32,000 bases of DNA from Alkanindiges illinoisensis DSM 15370 (GTDB taxonomy: Bacteria; Pseudomonadota; Gammaproteobacteria; Pseudomonadales; Moraxellaceae), in contig NZ_JHUX01000008.1 of the NCBI RefSeq assembly GCF_000619845.1, positions 90,001 through 122,000 on the forward strand, given 5' to 3'. Positions within the stretch are counted from its first letter, which is position 1; each line of letters opens with the position of its first letter. The translations under genes and the position numbers were made by a program. This document shows, piece after piece, positions 17,324-26,066 of this stretch. Below the pieces are notes generated by a model. The model saw only the letters and a list, made by a program, of their open reading frames with translations, did not search any database and was not told the origin of the DNA.

Positions 17324-18376
17324 CTATAGCTGGCCCATGAGTATGCTGCGTTCAGTTGGCTCCACAGGTTCGATAATCTTTTGGTCGCTCATTACTGAAT
17401 TTTCAAACTGTCTTATTTTTTGGCTGACATTTGAATTGGGATATTTATCTTTAATCAACATAAACGCTTGCTCGGCTTCACTTTCAATTACAGGTTTATT
17501 TTCCTGTTCATCAAAATATTGAAGAGGATGAGTATTATCCATACCATAAATAAAAAAATATAAATAATAATCTGCTAATACTTTTGCATCTTTAGCAAAA
17601 AAAGACTTGGGATATTTCTGGGCATATTGTTCCCAAAAAACAGCGCGCTCTCCTAATTCTTTCCAGGTAATAGCAATCCCAGCATCATAATAGAATTGTT
17701 CCTGATTCTGCTGTGCTAGCGCTTTAATAAAAATCTGGTCAGTTCTTGATAAAGCAGGGGCAAAATGTTTTACCAGATAATTAGGATTTAACCGAATCGT
17801 ATAGAAACCTTCGCCAATATTTAGGATTTCAAAATCATAGTTGAGCGCCTGCGTTAACCAGTTGGCTTGTAGCGGTGGTAAAGTAGAAATTAATTTAGTG
17901 GCAAATTTTTCATAAGGATAACGCTGTTTTGGCTTTATATCAGAACCTGTATCAGAGTTGGCTTGATCCTCCTCTGAGATTGTTTCTAAAAATAATTCAT
18001 CATTGAGGCTTAATTCTCGTTTTTCTCCATCTACCAGCGAAATATGCTGATTGACTGCCCGCAGAAAGCTTTCCATTACTTCATAGCGCTGCGCTAATGA
18101 CAGTTGATTTAAGTGTTGCTGTAAAAGCTGATCGGTTTTAATAAAATCACTAAATTGCTTACTCTGGGCAAGGGTTTTAATAGAGTCTTTTAATAGCACA
18201 TAAGGATCAGGCTTTAATACATGGTCAGTTACCACGGAAGCATCAGCTAATGAACTGGAATTTGCTAATGTAAGGTGAGCTTTTGGTTTAAAACCCTGCT
18301 GATAGTAATAAAATCCGCCACCTGCAACGGCTACAATTAAACTGCCCAATAAAAGGTTTAAAACCGATCTTTTCAT
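17324..18376 (-). CDS. hypothetical N-terminally membrane-anchored/secreted protein
   Basis: 350 aa. N-terminus MKRSVLNLLLGSLIVAVAGGGFYYY. No family recognised. AT-rich gene. Confidence 0.6.
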   Translation of the reverse strand: MKRSVLNLLLGSLIVAVAGGGFYYYQQGFKPKAHLTLANSSSLADASVVTDHVLKPDPYVLLKDSIKTLAQSKQFSDFIKTDQLLQQHLNQLSLAQRYEVMESFLRAVNQHISLVDGEKRELSLNDELFLETISEEDQANSDTGSDIKPKQRYPYEKFATKLISTLPPLQANWLTQALNYDFEILNIGEGFYTIRLNPNYLVKHFAPALSRTDQIFIKALAQQNQEQFYYDAGIAITWKELGERAVFWEQYAQKYPKSFFAKDAKVLADYYLYFFIYGMDNTHPLQYFDEQENKPVIESEAEQAFMLIKDKYPNSNVSQKIRQFENSVMSDQKIIEPVEPTERSILMGQL

Positions 18377-18489
18377 TTTTTTGTAGACCTACAAATCTAA
18401 TTTTAACTTCTAAATAATTAAATTATTTTTAAATTTATATCTGCGGCTATTTAATGACCTTTGCCGTTAGATAGCCGTAATACTAAAAT

Positions 18490-19539
18490 TTATTTCATTT
18501 CTGCCAGTTGATTCATACGGTAATCAATGCGCTCATTAGTGCACTTCTTAAAGCGGATTTCCTGATCTTTATCGCTTAATTCATGCGTCCATTCTTGTGT
18601 ATTAAACGCATATTGCTCTCGATCTTTTTTTGCAATGTCGTCATAGGGCTTTTGTGATTCAATCTTGCATTCGACATCACGCTTTTTAAACCAGGCTTTT
18701 TGATTAGCCAGATTGGCTTCCTGAAAGGCCTTTGGTTTGCTTTCCCATAACGTATTTAACTGCTCAGTTCTTTTAGCCAATAGTTCATTAATTTCATTAA
18801 GGCGGATATCCATGGCATCACCAACTAATTTATATTTAGCCTCCTCTTCTGCGCTAATTTGCTCATTCTCCTCCCTAGTTTCGGCTTCTTCTTCGATAAG
18901 AGCTGCCAGATGCAGACCATAGCTCATCATATCACGCAGATAACTACTTAAAGCCGGGTCAGTATTACGGCTAATAATAGATTCACCAATATCGCTTTTG
19001 GCAATGGTGTAGTGGTAGCTTTGACTGATCTGATTACCCTCCAGTGCAAATTCTTTTACGGTTAATTCTTCTTCAAGACTTTGCCGTATACAGGTGTAAT
19101 CAGTATCCTGACAGGAGTTATAGCTGCGGTTTCGCGCCTTATAGGAATTGACCAGCAGCGCTAGCGGGAACTCAGCAGTTAAAATTGCCGTACAGGAAAT
19201 CTTATTATCGGTTGAGCTGGCTTTATCGGTACGAATGCCGGATATTTTAAATTGAATTAACCGATTCCATTCCTTCAACTCGTTAGTGTCATAGCTGTAA
19301 TAAGCTTCTTTGAGTGAAGCCAGGGTCAAGGTAGTGAATTTATCTTTTAGGTCGGTTTGCAGTGAATTGACCCATGCGCTGTCTGTGCAGTTTAAATCCG
19401 TGTTGGCAGGAGGTATGGTTGAGCTTTTACTTGCCACGTCAGGTGTTTTTTCAGTTACGGGCGCTTTCTTGTCACATCCTGTCAAGGTTAAAACTACAGC
19501 ACAGGAAAGCAAAGCAAGGAATTTTGCATTAAAAATCAT
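18490..19539 (-). CDS. lipoprotein with C-terminal DUF1311 (LprI-like) domain
   Basis: Lipobox VLTLTGC. The C-terminal ...NQKAWFKKRDVECKIE...FKKCTNERIDYRMNQL... follows the Q-x2-W-x3-R-x2-C ... C-x3-R pattern of DUF1311. Confidence 0.65.
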   Translation of the reverse strand: MIFNAKFLALLSCAVVLTLTGCDKKAPVTEKTPDVASKSSTIPPANTDLNCTDSAWVNSLQTDLKDKFTTLTLASLKEAYYSYDTNELKEWNRLIQFKISGIRTDKASSTDNKISCTAILTAEFPLALLVNSYKARNRSYNSCQDTDYTCIRQSLEEELTVKEFALEGNQISQSYHYTIAKSDIGESIISRNTDPALSSYLRDMMSYGLHLAALIEEEAETREENEQISAEEEAKYKLVGDAMDIRLNEINELLAKRTEQLNTLWESKPKAFQEANLANQKAWFKKRDVECKIESQKPYDDIAKKDREQYAFNTQEWTHELSDKDQEIRFKKCTNERIDYRMNQLAEMK

Positions 19540-19600
19540 TATATAAAACCATTTTTTGTAGTAGAGAAACTTGTATTTAAAATTTTAGGAAAGACATCCT

Positions 19601-19631
19601 AAAAAGGATAGGCAGTAAAATCTGCCTATCC
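19601..19631 (-). terminator. Rho-independent terminator of the thiolase gene
   Basis: Perfect 10-bp stem GGATAGGCAG (19606-19615) / CTGCCTATCC (19622-19631), 6-nt loop. On the minus strand it is followed by U5 (19605-19601). Confidence 0.75.
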
Positions 19632-19671
19632 TGACTAACGTGTTTTAGATTATGAATTAAGCCAGAAAAAC

Positions 19672-20850
19672 TTACATCAATTCAATGGCAACAGCGGTCG
19701 CTTCACCGCCGCCAATGCACAGGGCAGCAATACCTTTCTTGCCACCAGTACGTTTTAGGGCATGAATCAGGCTCAGGATAATCCGTGAACCAGTAGAGCC
19801 TACTGGATGGCCTAACGCACAGGCACCGCCATGAATATTGACTTTCTCAGCATCCAGATTGTACTTGTCAATGGCAGCCATAGTCACCATGGCAAATGCC
19901 TCATTGATTTCCCATAGATCAACCTCTTCAGCCTTCCAGCCAGCTTTGTCTAGCACTTTCTGGATTGCTCCAACCGGTGCAATAGTAAATTCGCTAGGAT
20001 GTTGCGAATTGCTGGATGTGGCAACAATGCGCGCCAGTGGCTGCAAGCCTTTAGCCTGTGCATTGGATTCAGAGGTCAGTACTAGTGCAGAAGCACCATC
20101 AGAAATTGAACTGGCATTGGCTGCGGTAATCGTACCGTCTTTGGCAAACGCTGGCTTTAAGCCTGGAATCTTGTCCAGCTTGGCGTTAAGCGGTTGTTCA
20201 TCCTGAGCAACAGTTTCTTCACCTTTACGGGTTTTTACCGGCACAGGTACAATCTCATCCTTGAAGTAACCTTCATTGATAGCAGTTTGTGCGCGCTTTA
20301 GTGAACGAATGGCAAAGTCATCCATTTGCTCACGGGTATAACTCATTTTATTGGCCATATCCTGGGCAAAAGAACCCATCAAGCGGCCAGTTTCAGCGTC
20401 TTCTAGGCCATCAAGGAACATATGATCCTTGATTTCGCCATGACCCATACGGAAGCCACCACGGGCTTTTGCCAGTACATAAGGTGCATTGGTCATGGAT
20501 TCCATGCCACCAGCCACCACGACATTGGCACTACCAGCCTTGATCATGTCAGTGGCCTGCATCACTGCTTTCATGCCAGAGCCGCACAGTTTATTGATGG
20601 TAACTGCACCGGTATTATCTGGCAAACCAGCCTGACGCATAGCCTGACGTGCAGGACCCTGCTTTAAGCCACCAGGTAATACACAGCCCATAATGACTTC
20701 TTCAATATCAGCAGGTTGCAAGCCAGCACGTTGTACTGCTTCACGAATAGCCACTGCACCCAGCTCTGGTGCAGTTACACTGGCCAGTGAGCCCTGAAAG
20801 CCGCCCATTGCGGTGCGTGCGCCATTAACAATCACAACTGATTCAGACAT
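19672..20850 (-). CDS. acetyl-CoA C-acetyltransferase (thiolase II)
   Basis: 392 aa with the active-site contexts ...INKLCGSGMKA..., ...NEAFA... and ...NIHGGACALGHPVGSTGSR... Confidence 0.92.
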   Translation of the reverse strand: MSESVVIVNGARTAMGGFQGSLASVTAPELGAVAIREAVQRAGLQPADIEEVIMGCVLPGGLKQGPARQAMRQAGLPDNTGAVTINKLCGSGMKAVMQATDMIKAGSANVVVAGGMESMTNAPYVLAKARGGFRMGHGEIKDHMFLDGLEDAETGRLMGSFAQDMANKMSYTREQMDDFAIRSLKRAQTAINEGYFKDEIVPVPVKTRKGEETVAQDEQPLNAKLDKIPGLKPAFAKDGTITAANASSISDGASALVLTSESNAQAKGLQPLARIVATSSNSQHPSEFTIAPVGAIQKVLDKAGWKAEEVDLWEINEAFAMVTMAAIDKYNLDAEKVNIHGGACALGHPVGSTGSRIILSLIHALKRTGGKKGIAALCIGGGEATAVAIELM

Positions 20851-20978
20851 ATTCCACTCCTAGCATGCGCACCCCGAATAAAAAGGAAAATAGGTGCACC
20901 CATATAAAATGGGCATAGTATACAAAAAATATAGGTAGCCACGGTGATAAAACGGAAAATTAGCGTCATGTGGCTGAT

Positions 20979-21548
20979 TTAGCAGGTGATATTGGCACCA
21001 CTGGCTGTTTCATCAATACCATCTCCATTACTGTCCTTTGAGTGTCTTGGACTGCCAATTTTGGGTAAAATAATCATGCGGTGCCAGTAATTTTCCTCAG
21101 CACAATAACGGAAACTACCGTTACTCATGTCCAGACGACCACGCTCAGCGGTATATAGCAAAACCTGTGAGTTGTTGCTACCTGCACCGCGCCAGCTGAC
21201 CTGGCCATATTTAATATTGGTCGGATAATAATTCAGGATAGTTTCAGTATTCTCTAGAGCTCGATTCTGGTTCTGGTCAATAAACAGCAAAGCACCTTTG
21301 TTCCAATCATTATCACAACTAAGATGGTTGCTACTGCCACATACTCCCACTGCATAATGCAGGGTTGCTGCCTTGATACGCGCATCACTGAGGGCAGGGT
21401 AAAAACGATTAAATACTTGGATTGATTCAGAACTTCTTAACAAAGAATTAAAAAAAGGTGCTGAAATCATAACAAGAATAGAAATAACTGCTATCACTGT
21501 AACCAGTTCAACCAGTGTAAAACCGGTTAATTTTTTTGAAAGATGCAT
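20979..21548 (-). CDS. type IV minor pilin / pseudopilin of the FimT-GspH family
   Basis: I chose ATG 21548-21546, giving MHLSKKLTGFTLVELVTVIAVISILVMISAPFF: a class III (prepilin) signal with G|FTLVE. Size and the remainder fit the GspH/FimT domain. No other pilus genes occur in the window. Confidence 0.72.
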   Translation of the reverse strand: MHLSKKLTGFTLVELVTVIAVISILVMISAPFFNSLLRSSESIQVFNRFYPALSDARIKAATLHYAVGVCGSSNHLSCDNDWNKGALLFIDQNQNRALENTETILNYYPTNIKYGQVSWRGAGSNNSQVLLYTAERGRLDMSNGSFRYCAEENYWHRMIILPKIGSPRHSKDSNGDGIDETASGANITC

Positions 21549-21933
21549 TTTAAGTTTTCTCAAACAGGTATTATTAGATGTCAAATAAAAATTATCTTAT
21601 TGAAATAGATCATTTATTTGGTTTATTTAAGTATAGACTACTCTGTCTAATAAAAAAAGCTCAACAATTTCTTTAAAGAATACAAAGTATTGACTCTGCA
21701 ACGTGAAACTTACTAAACTGCAACGGAAGATGTAAAAATTTTTATCAATACTTCGCTCTATGGAGTTACTTCGGAACACACCTGGAAAGCGGGTACTGGG
21801 TAATGAAGTAATCTTAGTGTAACATGAAGACTTAAAAATGCTGGAAAAATAGTTATTTAACTATTCCAGTGGGCCGAAAAATCAAGTAGGCTAAACACTG
21901 AACAACAAATTTTTTAAACATCTGGAGGAATCC

Positions 21934-23145
21934 ATGAAACTGAGTCGTATTGCGCTCGCGATGTTAGTTGCAGCTCCGTTTGCTGCCGCAAATGCAGGTG
22001 TAACCGTAACCCCATTAATGCTGGGCTATCACTGGTATCCAGAAGACACTCAGGACAAAATGCGGAATGAAGCATTAAAAGATCGTAATGCTGCTGGCAG
22101 TTTACCAGGTAATGGTATTCCTGGCGGCGTTGCATTGGTTGATGACCTGTCTGTTGGTGCTGCCATTGGTCTGGAATTGACTCCATGGTTGCAAGCCGAA
22201 GTTGAATATCAGCAAACCAAGGCTGATGCTCAACATAATGAAGATAACACTGGTCCAAAAAATGGTCCATCTGCAAATACTACTGGTTTCTACGCTGGCG
22301 TTCCTTACGATGCCAAGCATGAAACTTTAAGCGGTAACCTGATTGCAACTACTGACGTATTTACTGGTAACTACGACAGCAAAGTTAAGCCTTACGGTCT
22401 GATTGGTGCTGGTTATAGCCGTATTACTGTAGACAATCCTGGTGTTGACTACCGTTCTTACGATACCATTGGTAACCTAGGTGCCGGTGTACTGTGGCAG
22501 TTAAATGACGCACTGACCCTGCGTACTGAAGCTCGTGCAACGCACAACTTTGACAATAACTGGTGGGAAGGTCAGGGTATTGCTGCCCTGCAAGTGGTTC
22601 TGGGCGGTCACCTGAAGCCTGCTGCTCCAGTTGCTCCGGTTGAGCCAGTTGCTCCACCACCACCACCAGTTGTTGAACCAACTCCTGAGCCAACTCCTGA
22701 GCCACAACAGCTGACCGAAGACCTGAAAATGGAACTTCGTGTATTCTTTGATACTAACAAGTCTAATATCAAAGAGCAGTACAAGCCAGAAGTTGCTAAA
22801 GTTGCCCAGAAACTGCAAGAGTATCCAAATGCGACTGCAATGATCGAAGGTCATACTGACAACACTGGTCCACGTAAACTGAACGAGCGCCTGTCCATGG
22901 CTCGTGCAAATTCTGTGAAGTCTATGCTGGTTGGCCAATACGGTATTGATGGTAGCCGTCTAACCACTCAAGGTTATGCATGGGATCGTCCAATTGCACC
23001 GAACAACACCAAAGAAGGTCGTGCAATGAACCGTCGTGTTTATGCAGTAATCACTGGTAGCCGTACTGTAACTGTGCCGGCTGATCAAGTTCCTGCTGAT
23101 CAGGTTCCAACCACTGCACCATCTACTACTGCTACTACTGAGTAA
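21934..23145 (+). CDS. ompA: OmpA-family outer-membrane protein (beta-barrel, Pro-rich hinge, OmpA_C peptidoglycan-binding domain), copy 1
   Basis: 402 aa, collinear with Acinetobacter OmpA/Omp38 (MKLSRIALA...[11 protein letters not shown]...TEARAT...[10 protein letters not shown]...[14 protein letters not shown]...[26 protein letters not shown]...NRRV). GGAGG RBS. Strongly biased codon usage (cgt/ggt/ctg/aac). Confidence 0.9.
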   Translation: MKLSRIALAMLVAAPFAAANAGVTVTPLMLGYHWYPEDTQDKMRNEALKDRNAAGSLPGNGIPGGVALVDDLSVGAAIGLELTPWLQAEVEYQQTKADAQHNEDNTGPKNGPSANTTGFYAGVPYDAKHETLSGNLIATTDVFTGNYDSKVKPYGLIGAGYSRITVDNPGVDYRSYDTIGNLGAGVLWQLNDALTLRTEARATHNFDNNWWEGQGIAALQVVLGGHLKPAAPVAPVEPVAPPPPPVVEPTPEPTPEPQQLTEDLKMELRVFFDTNKSNIKEQYKPEVAKVAQKLQEYPNATAMIEGHTDNTGPRKLNERLSMARANSVKSMLVGQYGIDGSRLTTQGYAWDRPIAPNNTKEGRAMNRRVYAVITGSRTVTVPADQVPADQVPTTAPSTTATTE

Positions 23146-23178
23146 TTCTCAAGTATTGCAAGTTAGTTGATTAGAAAA

Positions 23179-23206
23179 ATAGTCGCCCTGTGCGGCTATT
23201 TTTTTG
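23179..23206 (+). terminator. Rho-independent terminator after ompA copy 1
   Basis: 8-bp stem ATAGTCGC (23179-23186) / GCGGCTAT (23192-23199) with one GU pair, loop CCTGT, then T7. Confidence 0.75.
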
Positions 23207-23423
23207 CCTAAAATTTTTAAGTAAAGTCTGATTTTAGCTATAAAAATATTATGAATTAGTGTTAGCGAAAAAATACATGTTTAATACCACTTGGTTATTT
23301 AAATTCATTGTTTGTGACACTTGTACGCTATTGGGTAAAAATATTTTGTTACCTGTTTTGTTTACTTGTAGCTTCAATTACGCTTCGCGTTATTAATAAA
23401 TTCTTACAACTCTGGAGAGATTG

Positions 23424-24542
23424 ATGCAATTGAGTCGTGCTGTGCTGGCCATGCTAATGGCTATTCCTTTTACTGCGGCTACAGCAGGTGTTACGGTGAG
23501 CCCACTGATTCTGGGTTATACCTGGTATCCTGATAATGCAAAGAAGCGTGAGCGTACTGAACAATTTAATGTGAATCAGGCCAGCACAGGCTACCAACTG
23601 GATAATGATGTGTATACCGGTGCCGCAATTGGCCTTGAACTCACGCCAGGGCTTGGTTTTGAAGTGGAATACGGTGAAACCCATGCCGATGCTAAACTGA
23701 AAAACGGTACTACTAGCCTGACCACTGATACCTACGATGCCAAGCAGAAAAACCTTCTGGGTAATTTTTACGTCACTTCTGATTTGATCACCAAAAACTA
23801 TGACAGCAAGGTAAAGCCTTATATGATGCTGGGTGGCGGTCAGGCCAAGTATGAAATTGATGACACTGCGGGCAATGTAGGCACTGAATCTACAGACACA
23901 ATTGGTAATGCAGGATTAGGGGTGTTCTGGCGTGTTAATGATTCATTATCAATTCGCACCGAAGGCCGGGCCATTTATAACTTTGATAATAAAATCTGGG
24001 AACCACAGGCAATTGCTGGTCTGAATCTGGTATTGGGTGGCCACTTAAAACCAGCAGTACCCATTGCTCCGGTTGAGCCAGTTGCTCCACCGCCACCTGT
24101 TGTGGTACCTGCACCAACTCCAATACCAGCACCTTTACCGCCAAAAGAGTTGACTGAAGACTTACGCATGGAATTGCGGATTTTCTTTGATACCAACAAA
24201 TCGGTAATTAAGGCGCAGTACAAGCCTGAAGTAGCCAAGGTTGCGACCAAGTTACAGGAATATCCCAATGCCGCAGCTACAATCGAAGGCCATACTGACA
24301 ATACCGGTTCGCGCCAATTGAATGAGCGACTGGCATTGGCACGTGCCAATGCAGTAAAAAGCATGCTAGTGAATGAATTTGGTATCAATTCTAGCCGCTT
24401 GACTACACAGGGTTTTGCTTGGGATAGCCCGATTGCAACCAATGCAACACCAGATGGCCGTGCCTTAAACCGCCGTGTTTATGCGGTAATCAAAGGTAGC
24501 CGTACGGTGATTATTCCGGCTGATCAGGTGCCAGCCAACTAA
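23424..24542 (+). CDS. OmpA-family outer-membrane protein, tandem paralogue (copy 2)
   Basis: 372 aa from ATG 23424 (the track starts 3 nt earlier at a TTG). It has the same architecture as copy 1. The C-terminal domain is about 80% identical by eye, and the barrel loops are much more diverged. It has its own upstream region and RBS (GGAGAG). Confidence 0.88.
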   Translation: MQLSRAVLAMLMAIPFTAATAGVTVSPLILGYTWYPDNAKKRERTEQFNVNQASTGYQLDNDVYTGAAIGLELTPGLGFEVEYGETHADAKLKNGTTSLTTDTYDAKQKNLLGNFYVTSDLITKNYDSKVKPYMMLGGGQAKYEIDDTAGNVGTESTDTIGNAGLGVFWRVNDSLSIRTEGRAIYNFDNKIWEPQAIAGLNLVLGGHLKPAVPIAPVEPVAPPPPVVVPAPTPIPAPLPPKELTEDLRMELRIFFDTNKSVIKAQYKPEVAKVATKLQEYPNAAATIEGHTDNTGSRQLNERLALARANAVKSMLVNEFGINSSRLTTQGFAWDSPIATNATPDGRALNRRVYAVIKGSRTVIIPADQVPAN

Positions 24543-24575
24543 AAGTTGCCAAGCAGTATTGAACCGTAAATCTAT

Positions 24576-24606
24576 AAAAAAAGCCGCAATAACTGCGGCT
24601 TTCTTA
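24576..24606. terminator. bidirectional hairpin terminator shared by ompA copy 2 (+) and the rtcB/small-ORF unit (-)
   Basis: 8-bp stem AAGCCGCA (24581-24588) / TGCGGCTT (24594-24601), loop ATAAC, A5 upstream. This gives a good U-tract on the minus strand. Confidence 0.7.
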
Positions 24607-24641
24607 TTGAAGGTTTTGAATATAAAAACTATGTGAGTCAT

Positions 24642-24809
24642 TTAAGAATCCTCCCATAAGTTCTTTTTAAGTCGTTGCTTGGTGGCGCGGCGCTCACGCA
24701 TTCTGGCCACATCAATATCCTGCTTTTGATGTACACCACTTTTATGCAGTAGCGGATGCAGCGCCAGATGATTGCGTTCCTGAAACGCTGGCATTTTTTT
24801 AACTTTCAT
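24642..24809 (-). CDS. candidate 55-aa highly basic protein downstream of rtcB (not in ORF track)
   Basis: AGGAG lies 7 nt upstream of ATG (24809-24807), 27 nt after the rtcB stop. Hand translation: MKVKKMPAFQERNHLALHPLLHKSGVHQKQDIDVARMRERRATKQRLKKNLWEDS, stop at 24644-24642, then the shared terminator. 14 of 55 residues are K/R. Confidence 0.5.
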   Translation of the reverse strand: MKVKKMPAFQERNHLALHPLLHKSGVHQKQDIDVARMRERRATKQRLKKNLWEDS

Positions 24810-24836
24810 AGCTTGCTCCTGACAAATGTTATGTCT

Positions 24837-26066
24837 TTAACCTTTCACACATAAAACCTGTTTTAAAGTATGAACCACTTCAACCAGATCGGTCTGGTTA
24901 GCCATCACCTGATCAATGTCCTTGTAGGCTGCGGGAATTTCATCAACTACGCCACCATCCTTACGGCATTCAATACCTTCAGTTTGCAGGCTCAGGTCAT
25001 CAGGGGTAAACAGTCGCTTTGCCTTGCTCCGGCTCATTTTCCGGCCTGCGCCATGCGAGCAGGAACAAAACGATTCGGGATTACCTTTGCCACGCACAAT
25101 ATAGGATTTTGTGCCCATTGATCCGGGAATAATACCCAGTTCATCTGTTCCTGCACGGATAGCCCCTTTGCGGGTCACAAAGACATTTTCACCAAAATGC
25201 TGCTCCTGCTGTACATAATTATGGTGGCAGTTCACTGCTTCCTTGGATAACTGAAATGGTGGCAAATGGGGACGAATGGCTTCCAAAACCAGTCGCATCA
25301 TTTCACGGCGGTTTTCATAGGCATAATCCTGCGCCCAGTGTACGGCTTCCACATAGTCATCAAAACTGGCAGAGCCTTCTGCAAAATACGACAGGTCCTT
25401 ATCGGGTACATGACCAAAGCGATGCTGTGCTTCCTTTTTAGCCAGTTCAATAAAGTAGGTGCCGATACAATTGCCAAGTCCACGGCTGCCGGAATGCAAC
25501 ATCACCCAGACCTGATCCTGTTCATCCACGCACAGTTCAATAAAGTGGTTGCCACCACCCAAAGTACCGAGCTGTTTTTGCCAGGTTTGGTCAAAATTTT
25601 TCAGCATGCGCTTAAGGCCCGGATGCTTGGCAATAATGGTATTCAGGCGCTTGTCCAGCGGGCTCAGTGTGGAAGCCTTGGCCTTTACCTGTTTGTGCAG
25701 GGCAAAACCGACGGGCACCTTGCGTTCAATATCGCTACGGATACGGCGCAAGTCATCCGGCAGTTGGCGGGCATTTAAGCCAAGCCGGACTGCATTCATG
25801 CCGCAACCAATATCCACACCAACAGCCGCAGGAATAATGGCATTTTTGGTAGGAATTACACTGCCGACTGTGGCACCAATCCCTAAGTGAACATCCGGCA
25901 TTACCGCCACATGCGAATGAATAAACTGCAATTGCGCTACTTTCTTAAGCTGCTCAATGGCATCCGCGTCGATATCTGTGGTGAAAATCTTGATGGGAAC
26001 GCCATAGCCCAAATTATTAAGGGTCTGAGCATCATCTCTGGCGTTAATGGTCATTTGTATGGCCAT
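24837..26066 (-). CDS. rtcB: RNA-splicing ligase RtcB (3'-phosphate/5'-hydroxyl RNA ligase)
   Basis: Collinear with E. coli RtcB over the full length (...HVAVMPDVHLGIGATVGSVIPT...AAVGVDIGCGMNA...GTLGGGNHFIE...LHSGSRGLGN...CHHNY...SCSHGAGR...VLCVKG). I chose the start MAIQMTINARDD (ATG 26066-26064, 409 aa) rather than the 20-codon longer track start. Confidence 0.92.
   Translation of the reverse strand: MAIQMTINARDDAQTLNNLGYGVPIKIFTTDIDADAIEQLKKVAQLQFIHSHVAVMPDVHLGIGATVGSVIPTKNAIIPAAVGVDIGCGMNAVRLGLNARQLPDDLRRIRSDIERKVPVGFALHKQVKAKASTLSPLDKRLNTIIAKHPGLKRMLKNFDQTWQKQLGTLGGGNHFIELCVDEQDQVWVMLHSGSRGLGNCIGTYFIELAKKEAQHRFGHVPDKDLSYFAEGSASFDDYVEAVHWAQDYAYENRREMMRLVLEAIRPHLPPFQLSKEAVNCHHNYVQQEQHFGENVFVTRKGAIRAGTDELGIIPGSMGTKSYIVRGKGNPESFCSCSHGAGRKMSRSKAKRLFTPDDLSLQTEGIECRKDGGVVDEIPAAYKDIDQVMANQTDLVEVVHTLKQVLCVKG

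Noticed and set aside
24642-24809. Calling the 55-aa basic ORF an ArfA (alternative ribosome-rescue factor) homologue outright.
   Set aside because: Only a short, gapped resemblance to the ArfA N-terminal motif exists. The KGKGSY signature is missing, and I see no strong internal RNase III-type hairpin. It is kept only as a hypothesis to test by HMM search.
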